Source: Longimicrobiales bacterium (GTDB taxonomy: Bacteria; Gemmatimonadota; Gemmatimonadetes; Longimicrobiales; Gaopeijiaceae). From it: 64,000 nucleotides of DNA. The stretch covers positions 1,696,001 to 1,760,000 of the forward strand of contig CBDDCX010000008.1 of assembly GCA_965226375.1 (NCBI GenBank), written 5' to 3'. Made by a program: the position numbers and the translations under genes. The notes under the pieces were generated by a model. It was not told the origin of the DNA and did no database searches. It worked only from the letters and a program-made list of their open reading frames with translations. Shown in pieces: positions 49,139 to 58,882 of the stretch (position 1 is the stretch's first letter; every line of letters begins with the position of its first letter).

Positions 49139-49542
49139 GTCCGTACCGTTGACGATGCTGTTGTTCCTTCGTCGGGTGCCCGATCGCTCTGTCGCGAAGA
49201 AGGCACGAATCTAGTGAAGAGGAGGTACCCCGCGAGCACTCCAAGAGCGTTCGCCAAGCCATCCATGAGCTCTGCCTCCCTGCCCGGCACGAACGTTTGG
49301 TACCACTCGACCAACGCGCCATACACCACGCCCATGACCATCAGGACCGCGACCGATACACCAGATGCCGTCCGGTCCCTTCCCCATGCAAGGGTCAGGC
49401 CGAGAACCAGATAAGCACCACCGTGGACTAGCTTGTCGATTCCGGAGTCCAAGCTGACGCTCGGCGCACTCCAGGCACTCAACAAAAAGAGGACCGCCGC
49501 CCAAAGGACGGCAGGCCCCCAGCCGATGACCTTCTGGATCAT
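49135..49542 (-). CDS. VanZ family membrane protein
   Basis: DKLVHGGAYLVL and EWYQTFVPGR..DGLANALG. Confidence 0.85.
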   Translation of the reverse strand: MIQKVIGWGPAVLWAAVLFLLSAWSAPSVSLDSGIDKLVHGGAYLVLGLTLAWGRDRTASGVSVAVLMVMGVVYGALVEWYQTFVPGREAELMDGLANALGVLAGYLLFTRFVPSSRQSDRAPDEGTTASSTVRT

Positions 49543-49767
49543 GGATTGTTCGGTGATAGGAACAGCGCCCGATCCTCCTCTCAATCGTGTCAGAATCGCT
49601 TGAAGTTTAACCCGCGCACCGGAGCGATACAAGAAAACCCACCGAGCCTCAGGTGGCCACACCGGACTTCTCCGACAGGCCTCCAGACGCCGTTACGTTA
49701 TCTTTTCGCTTAACCGTGCGGAACCGCCGCTCACGGCACAGCGGCAAGGCGTCACACCCGGTATACG

Positions 49768-50856
49768 ATGCACGCTGACAAGACCGACCTGCTCGGACTG
49801 ACACCCGAGGAACTCGACGTGGCCCTTGCGGACCATTTCGACTCCAGGGGCCAACCGTCGTACAGGGCCGAGCAGGTGAGGCGTTGGATCCTCGAGGAAT
49901 GCGTCGAGAATTTCGACGACATGACCAATCTGCCCGGGGGTGAACGCGCAGCTCTCGGGGCCGCCTTCGTTCTGGGCGAGGCCGTAGCCGATACGGTGTC
50001 ACGCTCCTCCGACGGCACCGTCAAACACCTCTGGAAGCTCTTGGACGGGGAGCTCGTGGAATCGGTTCTGATTCCGGCGACCGATCGGCTCACGCTCTGC
50101 ATCTCCTCCCAGGCCGGCTGCGCTATGGGATGCACCTTCTGTGCGACCGGTTGGGCCGGTTTCCGGCGACAGCTGACCGCGGGCGAGATCGTCTCCCAAT
50201 ACCGCGCGTCGCGCCGGTGGGCCGATGACAACGACTACGGCCGGATCACGAACGTCGTCTACATGGGAATGGGCGAGCCCATGAGCAACAGGAAGGCCCT
50301 CAACGCCTCATTGACGATCCTCCACCAGGGATATGGACTGGGCGCCCGCCGCATTACGGTATCCACGGTCGGGGTCGTGCCCGGGATCCTGGAGCTAGCC
50401 ACGCGCAAGGAGCAGTTTCGCCTCGCCGTCTCGCTCCACTCGCCGGAGTCCGAGTCTCGCCAAGAGCTCATCCCGTTGGAGAAGCGGTATCCTCTGACTG
50501 AACTGGTCGAGGCCCTCCGCCGTTTCAACCGAGCCGGAGGGCGCAGGATCACCTTCGAATACATCATGATTCGAGGTGTGAACGACGCCCTGAGCTTTGC
50601 TCCGAAGCTGGCCGAGCTCGCGTTTTCACTCGAGGCCTTCGTAAACCTCATCCCCTTCAACCCCATCCCCGATCAGGACTGGAAGGCGAGCACCGGAGGG
50701 CGAATCGAGGAGTTCCGGTCCGTTCTCGAGGAGCGGGGTGTGGCCGTTGCCGTTCGGGTGCCCAGGGGACGCGACATCGACGCGGCATGCGGGCAGCTGC
50801 GTGCGAGCGCCCTGGTGGAGCTTCAGCCGTCTTCCAAGGCGACGAGCGAGATGTGA
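49768..50856 (+). CDS. rlmN: 23S rRNA m2A2503 methyltransferase RlmN
   Basis: CISSQAGCAMGCTFCATG, MGMGEP, ITVSTVG, NLIPFNP and RGRDIDAACGQL. Confidence 0.97.
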   Translation: MHADKTDLLGLTPEELDVALADHFDSRGQPSYRAEQVRRWILEECVENFDDMTNLPGGERAALGAAFVLGEAVADTVSRSSDGTVKHLWKLLDGELVESVLIPATDRLTLCISSQAGCAMGCTFCATGWAGFRRQLTAGEIVSQYRASRRWADDNDYGRITNVVYMGMGEPMSNRKALNASLTILHQGYGLGARRITVSTVGVVPGILELATRKEQFRLAVSLHSPESESRQELIPLEKRYPLTELVEALRRFNRAGGRRITFEYIMIRGVNDALSFAPKLAELAFSLEAFVNLIPFNPIPDQDWKASTGGRIEEFRSVLEERGVAVAVRVPRGRDIDAACGQLRASALVELQPSSKATSEM

Positions 50857-50865
50857 CCCGAAGCC

Positions 50866-51030
50866 CTAGTGTCCTGAGTCAGAAGTCCGGCGCAGAACCG
50901 AGGGGGCCGAGGCGCCGCCCTGGCAAGGCGCGATGACGAGTAATAGCAGGGCTATTGGGAGGAAGAGAAACGCGGCCAGGGTGGATGCATCGGGCCACAT
51001 ATCCGGCGAACTTCTGACTCAGGACACTAG
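50866..51030. mobile_element. MITE-like palindromic element, copy 2 (165 bp, CTAG-bounded)
   Basis: 24-bp TIRs CTAGTGTCCTGAGTCAGAAGT(C/T)CG. Core homologous to 2037-2202. Confidence 0.75.
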
Positions 51031-51045
51031 TGGGCCGCGGTCCCG

Positions 51046-51840
51046 TCAACGGATGCGAGAGAAGATTCGGCTCCCCCGGACCTCGCGAATCCAGGGAAAA
51101 GGCCTGAAGGAGCCCTTGTTGTACGAAAAGTAGATGAAGGACGTCCGCCCCTCGAGACGCCACCCCTCCAGAAGCCCCCAGTATCGCGAGTCCAGGCTGG
51201 TATCGCGATTGTCTCCCAACATGAAGTAGCGATCCTCGGGAATCACCAACGGACCCCAGTTGTCGCGGGTCGGGCGATAGCTTGGGCGGTCGACGGTGCC
51301 CGCCAGGTACTGCGACTGCCACGTCATCATCGGATGCGGAAGGTCACCCTCGGGATCGAGGTGTTTGACATAGGGCTCGTCCTGCGGCACACCGTTGAGC
51401 AGGAGTGAAGCATCGCGCATCTCTACGGTATCGCCCGGCATGCCGATGAGTCGCTTGACCAGCTTGAGATCGGGCTCGTGGGGTGGATCGAATACGATGA
51501 CGTCCCCCCGCCGTACCGACGAATAGCCTGGGATGTGGATCCGAGTACCCGGAATCCGGGCCCCGATCGCTGCTCGATTCGCCAGGAGGAAGTCTCCCAC
51601 GAGCAGCGCGTCTTCCATGGATCCGGAGGTGATGACGAAAGTCTGGAGGAGAAAAGTCCGGATCAGGACGAAGAGCACGGCGGCGATGGCCAGGGACTTG
51701 ATCCACTCGACGAAGGCGTTTTCCTCGGGCGGGGCCTTGGCCGTCTTGGCTCTCTTCGCGGTCTTGGCCGTCTTGGCCGTGGCGGCCTCGGCTCCTGAAC
51801 GTGGCTTACTCTCGCCCTTGCGTCGGCTCTTCTTGGCCAT
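51046..51840 (-). CDS. lepB: Signal peptidase I
   Basis: TM helix, SGSMED, GDVIVF, LVKRLIGMPGD and GDNRDTSLDSRYWG. Confidence 0.96.
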   Translation of the reverse strand: MAKKSRRKGESKPRSGAEAATAKTAKTAKRAKTAKAPPEENAFVEWIKSLAIAAVLFVLIRTFLLQTFVITSGSMEDALLVGDFLLANRAAIGARIPGTRIHIPGYSSVRRGDVIVFDPPHEPDLKLVKRLIGMPGDTVEMRDASLLLNGVPQDEPYVKHLDPEGDLPHPMMTWQSQYLAGTVDRPSYRPTRDNWGPLVIPEDRYFMLGDNRDTSLDSRYWGLLEGWRLEGRTSFIYFSYNKGSFRPFPWIREVRGSRIFSRIR

Positions 51841-51863
51841 TCCGAACCCGGATCAACCCTCGA

Positions 51864-52355
51864 TCAGCGGAGGTGTTTGCGAAGGTCCCACCACGGGACC
51901 TCATCGCCGGGAACGTCCTCGCTCTCCGGGGTCTCCGGTGTCCACTCCCTGCCAAGCAATACGGTCACGTCCAGATAAAGGTTCGAATCAGGTTCGCTCA
52001 GGATCGACGTCGTCCCCATGACATCACCCACCGCCCGAGCCGCTTCGAGCCGACCGGACCGGTCCAGGACTACCGTGGAATCCTGGTCGAAGGATTCGGC
52101 GTTCCCGAAGTAGACCACGTCGAAACCCTGATCACGGAGGCGGTCGGTGGCCAGCCGTGCCATTCCCGCTTCGCCTCCGGCGTTGAGGACCTCGACACGA
52201 ATTCGCCCCAGAGTATTCGTTGTGGGATTGCGGGGAGGGGCCACGGAGCGCTCCTGCTCGGGGAGCGGTTTCCACTGCGAAACTGCCGAACCGATGAAGA
52301 CCCCGGTCGCCAGGACGACGCCCAGGAGCATCAGACCTCGGACGCGCTCGCCCAT
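51864..52355 (-). CDS. LytR C-terminal domain protein
   Basis: N-terminal TM, IRVEVLNAGG..GMA, GNAE and DVTVLLG. Confidence 0.85.
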   Translation of the reverse strand: MGERVRGLMLLGVVLATGVFIGSAVSQWKPLPEQERSVAPPRNPTTNTLGRIRVEVLNAGGEAGMARLATDRLRDQGFDVVYFGNAESFDQDSTVVLDRSGRLEAARAVGDVMGTTSILSEPDSNLYLDVTVLLGREWTPETPESEDVPGDEVPWWDLRKHLR

Positions 52356-52945
52356 GCCTGCCCTTTCACCATAACGTTCCAGAAGCCCATCGTTTCAGGT
52401 CGAACCGGTCGTTCTCTGTCCAGAAGGTGCCGAATCCGGAGCCAGAGGATTTCTCGAACCACGACCTCGAGGTCCTCGGGCATACGCTTGCGCATCTCTT
52501 GACGCCACTTCGGGCGGAATCTCCTGCCTGGCTCGATGAAGTCGGCAACGTAGAGCGCCCTGCCCAAGTCATCGAAGTCCGGACTGCCCAGGGTATGGAA
52601 GGCCACAGCCGTCAGGATGGGCTCGTCCGTCACTCCTTCTTCGCGAAGCCGGACCGCCGCAGCGGGTCCATGGAGCACCGCGTTGGGCACGTCCGCCGGG
52701 GACCCCGACACCACCCGGCGCAGCACCTTGGGCTTCGCGTCTCGCATCATGTCATGAAGATAACCCACAGCCGCCCAGCGCTGGATATCACTCTTCGATT
52801 CTCCGCGCGCCTTGCTCCACTTCTTCAGGAGCTTGGCCACGCGGGCCATGTGCTCTCGTCGCTTGGTTCCGGCGACCGCCCACTCCGGCAGCTCACCTTC
52901 GGCCGCCGCCGATACCAGGGGGTGGAGCTCGGAGCCTCCGCTCAT
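52331..52945 (-). CDS. HD-domain protein, YqeK-like (Ap4A hydrolase family)
   Basis: RREHMARVA, YLHDM, LHGPAAA, AVAFHTLG and LYVADFIEPGR. Confidence 0.8.
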   Translation of the reverse strand: MSGGSELHPLVSAAAEGELPEWAVAGTKRREHMARVAKLLKKWSKARGESKSDIQRWAAVGYLHDMMRDAKPKVLRRVVSGSPADVPNAVLHGPAAAVRLREEGVTDEPILTAVAFHTLGSPDFDDLGRALYVADFIEPGRRFRPKWRQEMRKRMPEDLEVVVREILWLRIRHLLDRERPVRPETMGFWNVMVKGQAWASASEV

Positions 52946-53119
52946 ACCGTCGCGGGGGCCGGATTCGGCACGATTTCGTGAGACACGAAAAGGATACGCT
53001 CATCCTGGATGAGGAGGCTCGTTCGAGGGCTGTCGGCGGCAACCTAGTGACACGTCGGGGAATCGGCCAGGGGAGTGTAACGGCCGACGTCCCATACCTG
53101 CTATCTTCACGCCATGACC

Positions 53120-54808
53120 ATGCGATGGGACCCCGTTCTTACCGCCGCGGTGGCTCGCGAACTGAGTGAGGCTCTCTCCGGCGAACGGCTCAAGGCAATC
53201 TTCGTCGACCGCGGTGCCGGCACCCTCCACGCGTATTTCGGCCGGGCCACGCTTCTGGCAGATCTCGATCCCTCAAGAGTCGGCCTCGATATTCGGGAAG
53301 CGGCCGACCCCCCGGAGGGAGCCAGGACGTTTCCGTGTCGTCTCTCCACCGTGGAGGCCCTGCCCGACGAACGTATCCTCGTACTCGTGCTTCCAAGGGT
53401 ACGTGGCCGCGGTGGGGTTGTCCGGATCGTCCTCGAGATGGTTCCTAACCGCGGGAATGCCACGGTGGTCGAGGGTGATGATTGGACCGTCAGGCACGTT
53501 CTGACCGACCGGGGCGGAGCCCGGACACCACGGGTCGGCCGACCCTATCCCCTGCCCGACTCGACCCGCCGCGGACTCGAGTCACCTCTGAGCCTCGAGG
53601 AGTGGCGCGACCTGCTGGGGCTCGTTGAGCCGAGAGCACGGAAGGGGGCCCTGCTCCGCCATGTCGCGCTCGCCTCTCCCGTCAACGCTGCCGTCCTGCT
53701 CGGCGACGCCGTGGACGGGGGCGGTGACACAGACACGGGCACGGACTCCGGCCAGGCCACCGACGGCGACGAGCTCGCACTCGCGGCAGGTCACGGATTC
53801 TGGATGCATCTCCTGGAGATTGGGCTCGGTTCGGCCTCTGCCGAGGCCTATGTGGTCCAATGCCCCTGGGGCCCCCAACCATACCCCGTCTGCCTTCCGG
53901 GATACGAATGTGAGCCGTCACAGTCTCTGTTGGATGCGATCCGAGAGGTCAGGGCCACGCTAGGCACCGCTACCGGGCTAATCCCGTCCGGGCTGACGGG
54001 GGCCCTGGAAGACGCCCTCTCCCTCTCGAGCAAGCGTACGGCCAAGCTCCGAGCAGAACTCGAGCGAGCGCCCGATTCTCAGCTGCTCAGGGGGACGGGA
54101 GACCTGATCCTGGCCCACCTTCAGCAGGTGCCGAAAGGTGCGTCCGAGGTGGCGCTCCCCGGATTCGACGGCGAGAAAGCGACCATAATCCTGGATCCGG
54201 CGCTGGCCCCCCAGCAGAACGCGGCCCGTTACTACGACAGGGCCGGCCGCGCCGAACGGGCGAGAAAACGGCTTCCCGACCTGATCCGCCAGAGCCTGGA
54301 CAAGGAGGTGGCGCTGGCAGAACTCTCGGCACGGGTCGGAGCCGGAACGGCCACGGAAGAAGAGATCCGCCGGGCTCTCCCGGAAAGAGAGCTACGAGCT
54401 CGGACACCACAGGGAGAGACCGTCCCCGGTCTGCCTTACCGCGTCTACCGGACATCGGGTGGGTTGGAGGTTCGCGTGGGACGCGGATCGGGGTTCAACG
54501 ACGACCTGACCTTCCGACACTCCAGGCCCGACGACATTTGGCTGCACGCCCGGGACTCCGCGGGAGCTCACGTCATCCTGAGGTGGAACGGGCAAGGCGC
54601 ACCTCCGGCTCGCGATCTTCACGAAGCCGCGGTGTTGGCAGCGCTGAACTCCAAGTCAAGAACGTCGGGAAGTGTACCGGTGGATTGGACGCACCGGAAG
54701 TACGTCCGAAAGCCCAGAAAGTCCCTTCCGGGGAGCGTCGTCCCCGATCGGGTAAAGACCCTCTTCGTCGCACCCGATGCGACCCTCTCGGACCGCCTCA
54801 GAGAGTAG
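53120..54808 (+). CDS. NFACT family protein (RqcH/FbpA-like)
   Basis: DERIL, LDPALAPQQNAARYY, VGRGSGFNDDLT, DIWLHARDSAGAHVIL and VDWTHRKYVRKP. Confidence 0.9.
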   Translation: MRWDPVLTAAVARELSEALSGERLKAIFVDRGAGTLHAYFGRATLLADLDPSRVGLDIREAADPPEGARTFPCRLSTVEALPDERILVLVLPRVRGRGGVVRIVLEMVPNRGNATVVEGDDWTVRHVLTDRGGARTPRVGRPYPLPDSTRRGLESPLSLEEWRDLLGLVEPRARKGALLRHVALASPVNAAVLLGDAVDGGGDTDTGTDSGQATDGDELALAAGHGFWMHLLEIGLGSASAEAYVVQCPWGPQPYPVCLPGYECEPSQSLLDAIREVRATLGTATGLIPSGLTGALEDALSLSSKRTAKLRAELERAPDSQLLRGTGDLILAHLQQVPKGASEVALPGFDGEKATIILDPALAPQQNAARYYDRAGRAERARKRLPDLIRQSLDKEVALAELSARVGAGTATEEEIRRALPERELRARTPQGETVPGLPYRVYRTSGGLEVRVGRGSGFNDDLTFRHSRPDDIWLHARDSAGAHVILRWNGQGAPPARDLHEAAVLAALNSKSRTSGSVPVDWTHRKYVRKPRKSLPGSVVPDRVKTLFVAPDATLSDRLRE

Positions 54809-54844
54809 AATCGGCACCGGATCGTGGGGCCGGCGCCGAGGTCT

Positions 54845-55654
54845 TCACGTAGTGCCGCGACCCTCGTCCATAGCCGCACGTAGCGACGCGACGAACGCAC
54901 TCCCCTCGGCGGCACCGCCACTGTCCAATGCCTTGATCAGGGCACTCCCCACGACGACACCGTCGGCGACCCCTGCCACCATCGCTGCCTGTTCCGGCGT
55001 CGAGATCCCGAAACCAACGGCGACCGGTAGGTCCACCCGATTCACGAGGCTCTCCACCTCGGCGGCGAGGCTCTCACTCAGGCTCTCTCGAGCGCCCGTA
55101 ACGCCGGTGCGGGAGATGTAGTAGAGGAAGCCCTGGCCGGCCTCGGCCACCACGGCGACCCGGTCGGGCTCGGTGGTGGGAGCGATGAGCCGGATCAGGT
55201 CCAAAGGCGAATCGAGAATGGCGTCTTCCACCGCAGGATCGGCTCCGGTGGGTACGTCGGTAAGGAGAAGCCCCTGGGCCCCAGCCGCCGATGCGTCCCG
55301 GAGAAAGGACTCCAAGCCGTACCGGAGCAACGGGTTCACATAACTGAAGAGCACGACGGGCGTATCGGACACGGCACGAAAGGCGGACAGGACCTCGAGG
55401 GTACCGACCACGGTCATGCCCCCCTCGAGGGCCCTGTGCGTGGACTCCTGAATGGTGGGCCCGTCCGCTAGCGGGTCACTGAAGGGGATGCCCAACTCGA
55501 GAATATCCCCACCCGCTTCGGCGATGGCCAGGAGCACGTCCACGCTCGCTTCGGATGATGGAAAGCCGCACGTGACGTAGGGCACCAGGGTGCTCCGCCC
55601 CTCGGCCCGGCGCTCCGCGAACCGCTCTGAGATCCCCACCCCCCCGGAGCTCAA
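54845..55654 (-). CDS. trpA: Tryptophan synthase alpha chain
   Basis: LELGIPFSDPLADGPTIQ, LIAPTT, SRTGVTG, VGFGIS and DGVVVGSA. Confidence 0.97.
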   Translation of the reverse strand: MSSGGVGISERFAERRAEGRSTLVPYVTCGFPSSEASVDVLLAIAEAGGDILELGIPFSDPLADGPTIQESTHRALEGGMTVVGTLEVLSAFRAVSDTPVVLFSYVNPLLRYGLESFLRDASAAGAQGLLLTDVPTGADPAVEDAILDSPLDLIRLIAPTTEPDRVAVVAEAGQGFLYYISRTGVTGARESLSESLAAEVESLVNRVDLPVAVGFGISTPEQAAMVAGVADGVVVGSALIKALDSGGAAEGSAFVASLRAAMDEGRGTT

Positions 55655-55678
55655 TGCCGCGGCCCGGGAGTCAGACGA

Positions 55679-57085
55679 TCACATGAGATAATCGCTGACA
55701 CGGATTCCGTACTTCTGAGGGTTGGTGGTCTTGATGATAGCACGGCCACCGAGCGCGAGATCTACCTGCAGCGGCGTCGCTAACGGCACCGCCATTTCGT
55801 CGGATATGATCTTCACGAGCGGCTGATGAAGGTGGGCAACATCGGGGTTCACCTTGGCGACGACGGCCAGCTCCAGCGTGTCGAGCACGACCAGAGTGCC
55901 CACCGGATACACCCCCGTGGCGTTGATGAAGGTTTTCACGATCAGCTGGTCGAAGCCCCGGCGCGGGTTGTCCCTCATTTCCTTCAGAACCTCGTCGGGC
56001 GGCCAAGGTTCATACTGGTAGCTCCGCACGGAGGTGCCTGCGTCGAACCCGTCGGCGACCGCCACGATCCGCGAGAACAGGCCCGGCTTCCGTGCGCGCG
56101 TGTTCTCGGGATAACCGGTCAGATCGATCTTCATGTGATGCTCGTACGCCATCAGCATCTGACGGTACGGGACGTCCGAGAAGCCGTGCATGTCGAAGAG
56201 GAGAATGAGCCCCTCTGTGGGATGCTGCTTCATGGCGTCCCACTCTTGGTCTGTAAGCCCGCCGGCTTTGTTGATGACGTCGGGGTCGACACTCATCTTG
56301 CCGATGTCGTGAAAGAGTGCGCCGATGCCGAGCTCGTAGAGTTGCATCTTGGTCAGACCCAACCGCTGGCCGATGACGACGCTGAAGATGCAGACGTTCA
56401 CCGAATGAGTGAACGTGTATTCGTCGAACCCGCGTAGCGTGGTCATGGTCACCATGGACGACTCGTTGTCCAGCACCTGATCCACGATCCCCTGCACCGC
56501 CCGCTTCACCTTCCGGACGTTGACGGCCTTTCCGAGACGCATGTCCGTAAGCACATCCTTGGCAACCTTCACGGACTGCGCGTAGGTGCCTTTGGCGGCC
56601 ACCATGGCATCACGCTCGATCAGTTCCGGCTCCTGCGCCTCAACCTCGGGTCGGACCCCGATGTGCTCGACCGGCGTCTTCGAGAGCCGCTCGACAAGGG
56701 CTTCAAACGGATCCGTCTCACTGGGATCCCGTAGGATGACCGAAATGAACGGTGCCCACTCGCTCCGTTCCACGTCGGCGTCCACCGCCAACTCACCGAC
56801 CCCGTGCCTGCTGAGCGCGGAGGAAAAGCTCCCGAAGGTGGAGAAGTTCGACAGATCCAGGCGGAGCCTGGTCTCGTTGACAAAGAAGAAATCCCCGACC
56901 AACTGAAGCTCGAACCCGCCCTCGTGCTTGAAGAATTCGGTCATCTGGGCGTGGAGGTCATCGATGGCCTGCTGGACCCGCTGGTTCTGCACCGGATAGA
57001 GCTTCAGGGAGCGGAGGGCCACATAAAACGCCGTCAGGAGCCGGCCTCCGAGTTCCTGGATGATGCCGGTATCGGTCTGGCTCAT
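55679..57085 (-). CDS. HD-GYP-like phosphodiesterase with uncharacterised N-terminal domain
   Basis: DEYTFTHSVNV, LFHDIGK, QHPTEG, EHHMKIDLTGYP, IVAVADGFDA and GVYPVGTLV. Confidence 0.85.
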   Translation of the reverse strand: MSQTDTGIIQELGGRLLTAFYVALRSLKLYPVQNQRVQQAIDDLHAQMTEFFKHEGGFELQLVGDFFFVNETRLRLDLSNFSTFGSFSSALSRHGVGELAVDADVERSEWAPFISVILRDPSETDPFEALVERLSKTPVEHIGVRPEVEAQEPELIERDAMVAAKGTYAQSVKVAKDVLTDMRLGKAVNVRKVKRAVQGIVDQVLDNESSMVTMTTLRGFDEYTFTHSVNVCIFSVVIGQRLGLTKMQLYELGIGALFHDIGKMSVDPDVINKAGGLTDQEWDAMKQHPTEGLILLFDMHGFSDVPYRQMLMAYEHHMKIDLTGYPENTRARKPGLFSRIVAVADGFDAGTSVRSYQYEPWPPDEVLKEMRDNPRRGFDQLIVKTFINATGVYPVGTLVVLDTLELAVVAKVNPDVAHLHQPLVKIISDEMAVPLATPLQVDLALGGRAIIKTTNPQKYGIRVSDYLM

Positions 57086-58845
57086 TCGGTGCCCTCCCCA
57101 CCCTGAATCGCCTTCCGTACAGCTGTGCGAACAACCGCCTCTCCGTCGTCCTTTGCGGTTGCCAGTGCCTTCTGGGCCTTGGGCATGCGAATCTTGCCCA
57201 ACGCTCGGGCGGCCGACGCCCGGATCTCGGCAGGCTCCTTGCGCCTGAGGAGACCCTTCTTGTTCAGCAGATTGTCGAGAACGTCGACGGCTTCTCCCCC
57301 ACCGAGTATCCCGTAGCTCTCAAATATGGCGATCTTCTCGGTGAGATCCGCCTGCCGAATTTCTTTCCCGGTGACAACCGCTTTGAACGCCGCGGCGGCG
57401 TTCGTGTACTGCATTCCCGCAAGCGCGCGGGCTGCCCCGATCCGGACATCCGACTCCGAGTCCGTGAGCGCATTGATCAGTCCCGGAGCCGCCCCACTGT
57501 CGCGAAGGGTACGGGCCGCTTCCACCCCGGCGAGCCGCACCGCGGGATACGGATGACCCATGAGCCGGACCAACCTGGGAGCCGCATCGGAGAGACCCAT
57601 CTCGCCAACGAGGCGGGCGGCCCCCGATACGATCAACGCATTCTCTTCATCCAGGAGACCGATCAAGGCCTCTCGATTCTCGTCGGCAATACCACGCACG
57701 GCTCGGCGAAGCGTCTCTTGCAGCCCAGGCTCCTCCGCTTCCTCAGAAGCCAAGAGAAGGGCCGGCAGGGCCCCGGCTCGCAGATACTTGAAGAGGCGCT
57801 CCAAAACGTCCACCGGTACGTCGATGGTGCCATCTTGAAGTGCACGAACGAGTTCTTCCATGGTCTCGGGCGAGGAAAGGTCGTCCATGAGGGCGTCACA
57901 TTCCTGCTGTTGAACCGGGTCGAGCGCCCCGGGTTTGGCCCGGATCGCCGCCAACTGCTCCAGGACCTCAGCGGCAGAGACCACCGCCCCGCGGCTCAGG
58001 AAGTTCGGTAGGAGGTCCCGCAGGATTCCGAGGATCGCCGACTGGCGTTGCGCCTGCTCGGGCTCCTCCAACCGGTCGAACAGGGCTGCGAGCACGTCGC
58101 CCCGAAGGTCCCTCGTCATCTCGGCCTCGAGCTCCTGCTTCAGCTCGTCCTTCTCCCTCGGATCCAGAGCGTAGAGAGCGGGCTGGAAGTCGTCCCGCCC
58201 GAGCTTCGGAGGCGGCGTCTCTTCCTTGGCAGCCTCGGCAGTCTCAGCCGCAGCACTCTCCTCCTGTCCTTCGGTCGCCTCCTGGAGCACTCCATCCAGC
58301 GCCGGGCGATCCTCTTCGGGACGCGCCTCTGGAGTCTCGACCCCGTCCGCCAGTTGGTCTATGTAGTAGTACTTGAAGAACTCCAGGTCTTCTTCCCAGA
58401 GAATAGTGAGAAGGTCGTCTCCCTGTGTGGCTTTCAGGGCCTTGGCCCTTTGGAGAAGGCTCAGCAGACGCTCGAGCTCCTCCCCCTCGATTCCAGGGAG
58501 CAGCGTCACATCGCGGACGCCGTCCTTGTAGAAGAGGAAGGCGAGCGAATCTGCTCGTGGATCACTGCGGTAAACCTCTTGGGCAGCCAGCGTGAACCGG
58601 TCTTCCTCAACCGAGACGTTGAGGCCCTCGATCTCCTGCCAGAGATCCACAAACGCCTCCCGCAGGCCTGTTACGAAGCGCTTGTAGACCGGGTTGTTCT
58701 CGTCGTAGAGCTGATAGGCACGTAGCGCCTTGCCGAGGATGACGAACAGCTCCCGGACTTGGGCGAACGGAAGATCCTCGGCCTCGGACCACTCGGCCGA
58801 GCCGTCCGCATCCTGGTCGGAGATATCGACGGGAGAGTCGGTCAC
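57082..58845 (-). CDS. HEAT-repeat protein
   Basis: C-terminal repeats such as AVRLAGVEAA, DVRIGAARALA, EIRASAARALG and VVRTAV. ATGA coupling to the HD-GYP gene. Confidence 0.85.
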   Translation of the reverse strand: MTDSPVDISDQDADGSAEWSEAEDLPFAQVRELFVILGKALRAYQLYDENNPVYKRFVTGLREAFVDLWQEIEGLNVSVEEDRFTLAAQEVYRSDPRADSLAFLFYKDGVRDVTLLPGIEGEELERLLSLLQRAKALKATQGDDLLTILWEEDLEFFKYYYIDQLADGVETPEARPEEDRPALDGVLQEATEGQEESAAAETAEAAKEETPPPKLGRDDFQPALYALDPREKDELKQELEAEMTRDLRGDVLAALFDRLEEPEQAQRQSAILGILRDLLPNFLSRGAVVSAAEVLEQLAAIRAKPGALDPVQQQECDALMDDLSSPETMEELVRALQDGTIDVPVDVLERLFKYLRAGALPALLLASEEAEEPGLQETLRRAVRGIADENREALIGLLDEENALIVSGAARLVGEMGLSDAAPRLVRLMGHPYPAVRLAGVEAARTLRDSGAAPGLINALTDSESDVRIGAARALAGMQYTNAAAAFKAVVTGKEIRQADLTEKIAIFESYGILGGGEAVDVLDNLLNKKGLLRRKEPAEIRASAARALGKIRMPKAQKALATAKDDGEAVVRTAVRKAIQGGEGTE

Positions 58846-58882
58846 CGGTCGCTCTCCCTACTGATCCGTCTGCGGTGTCAGT

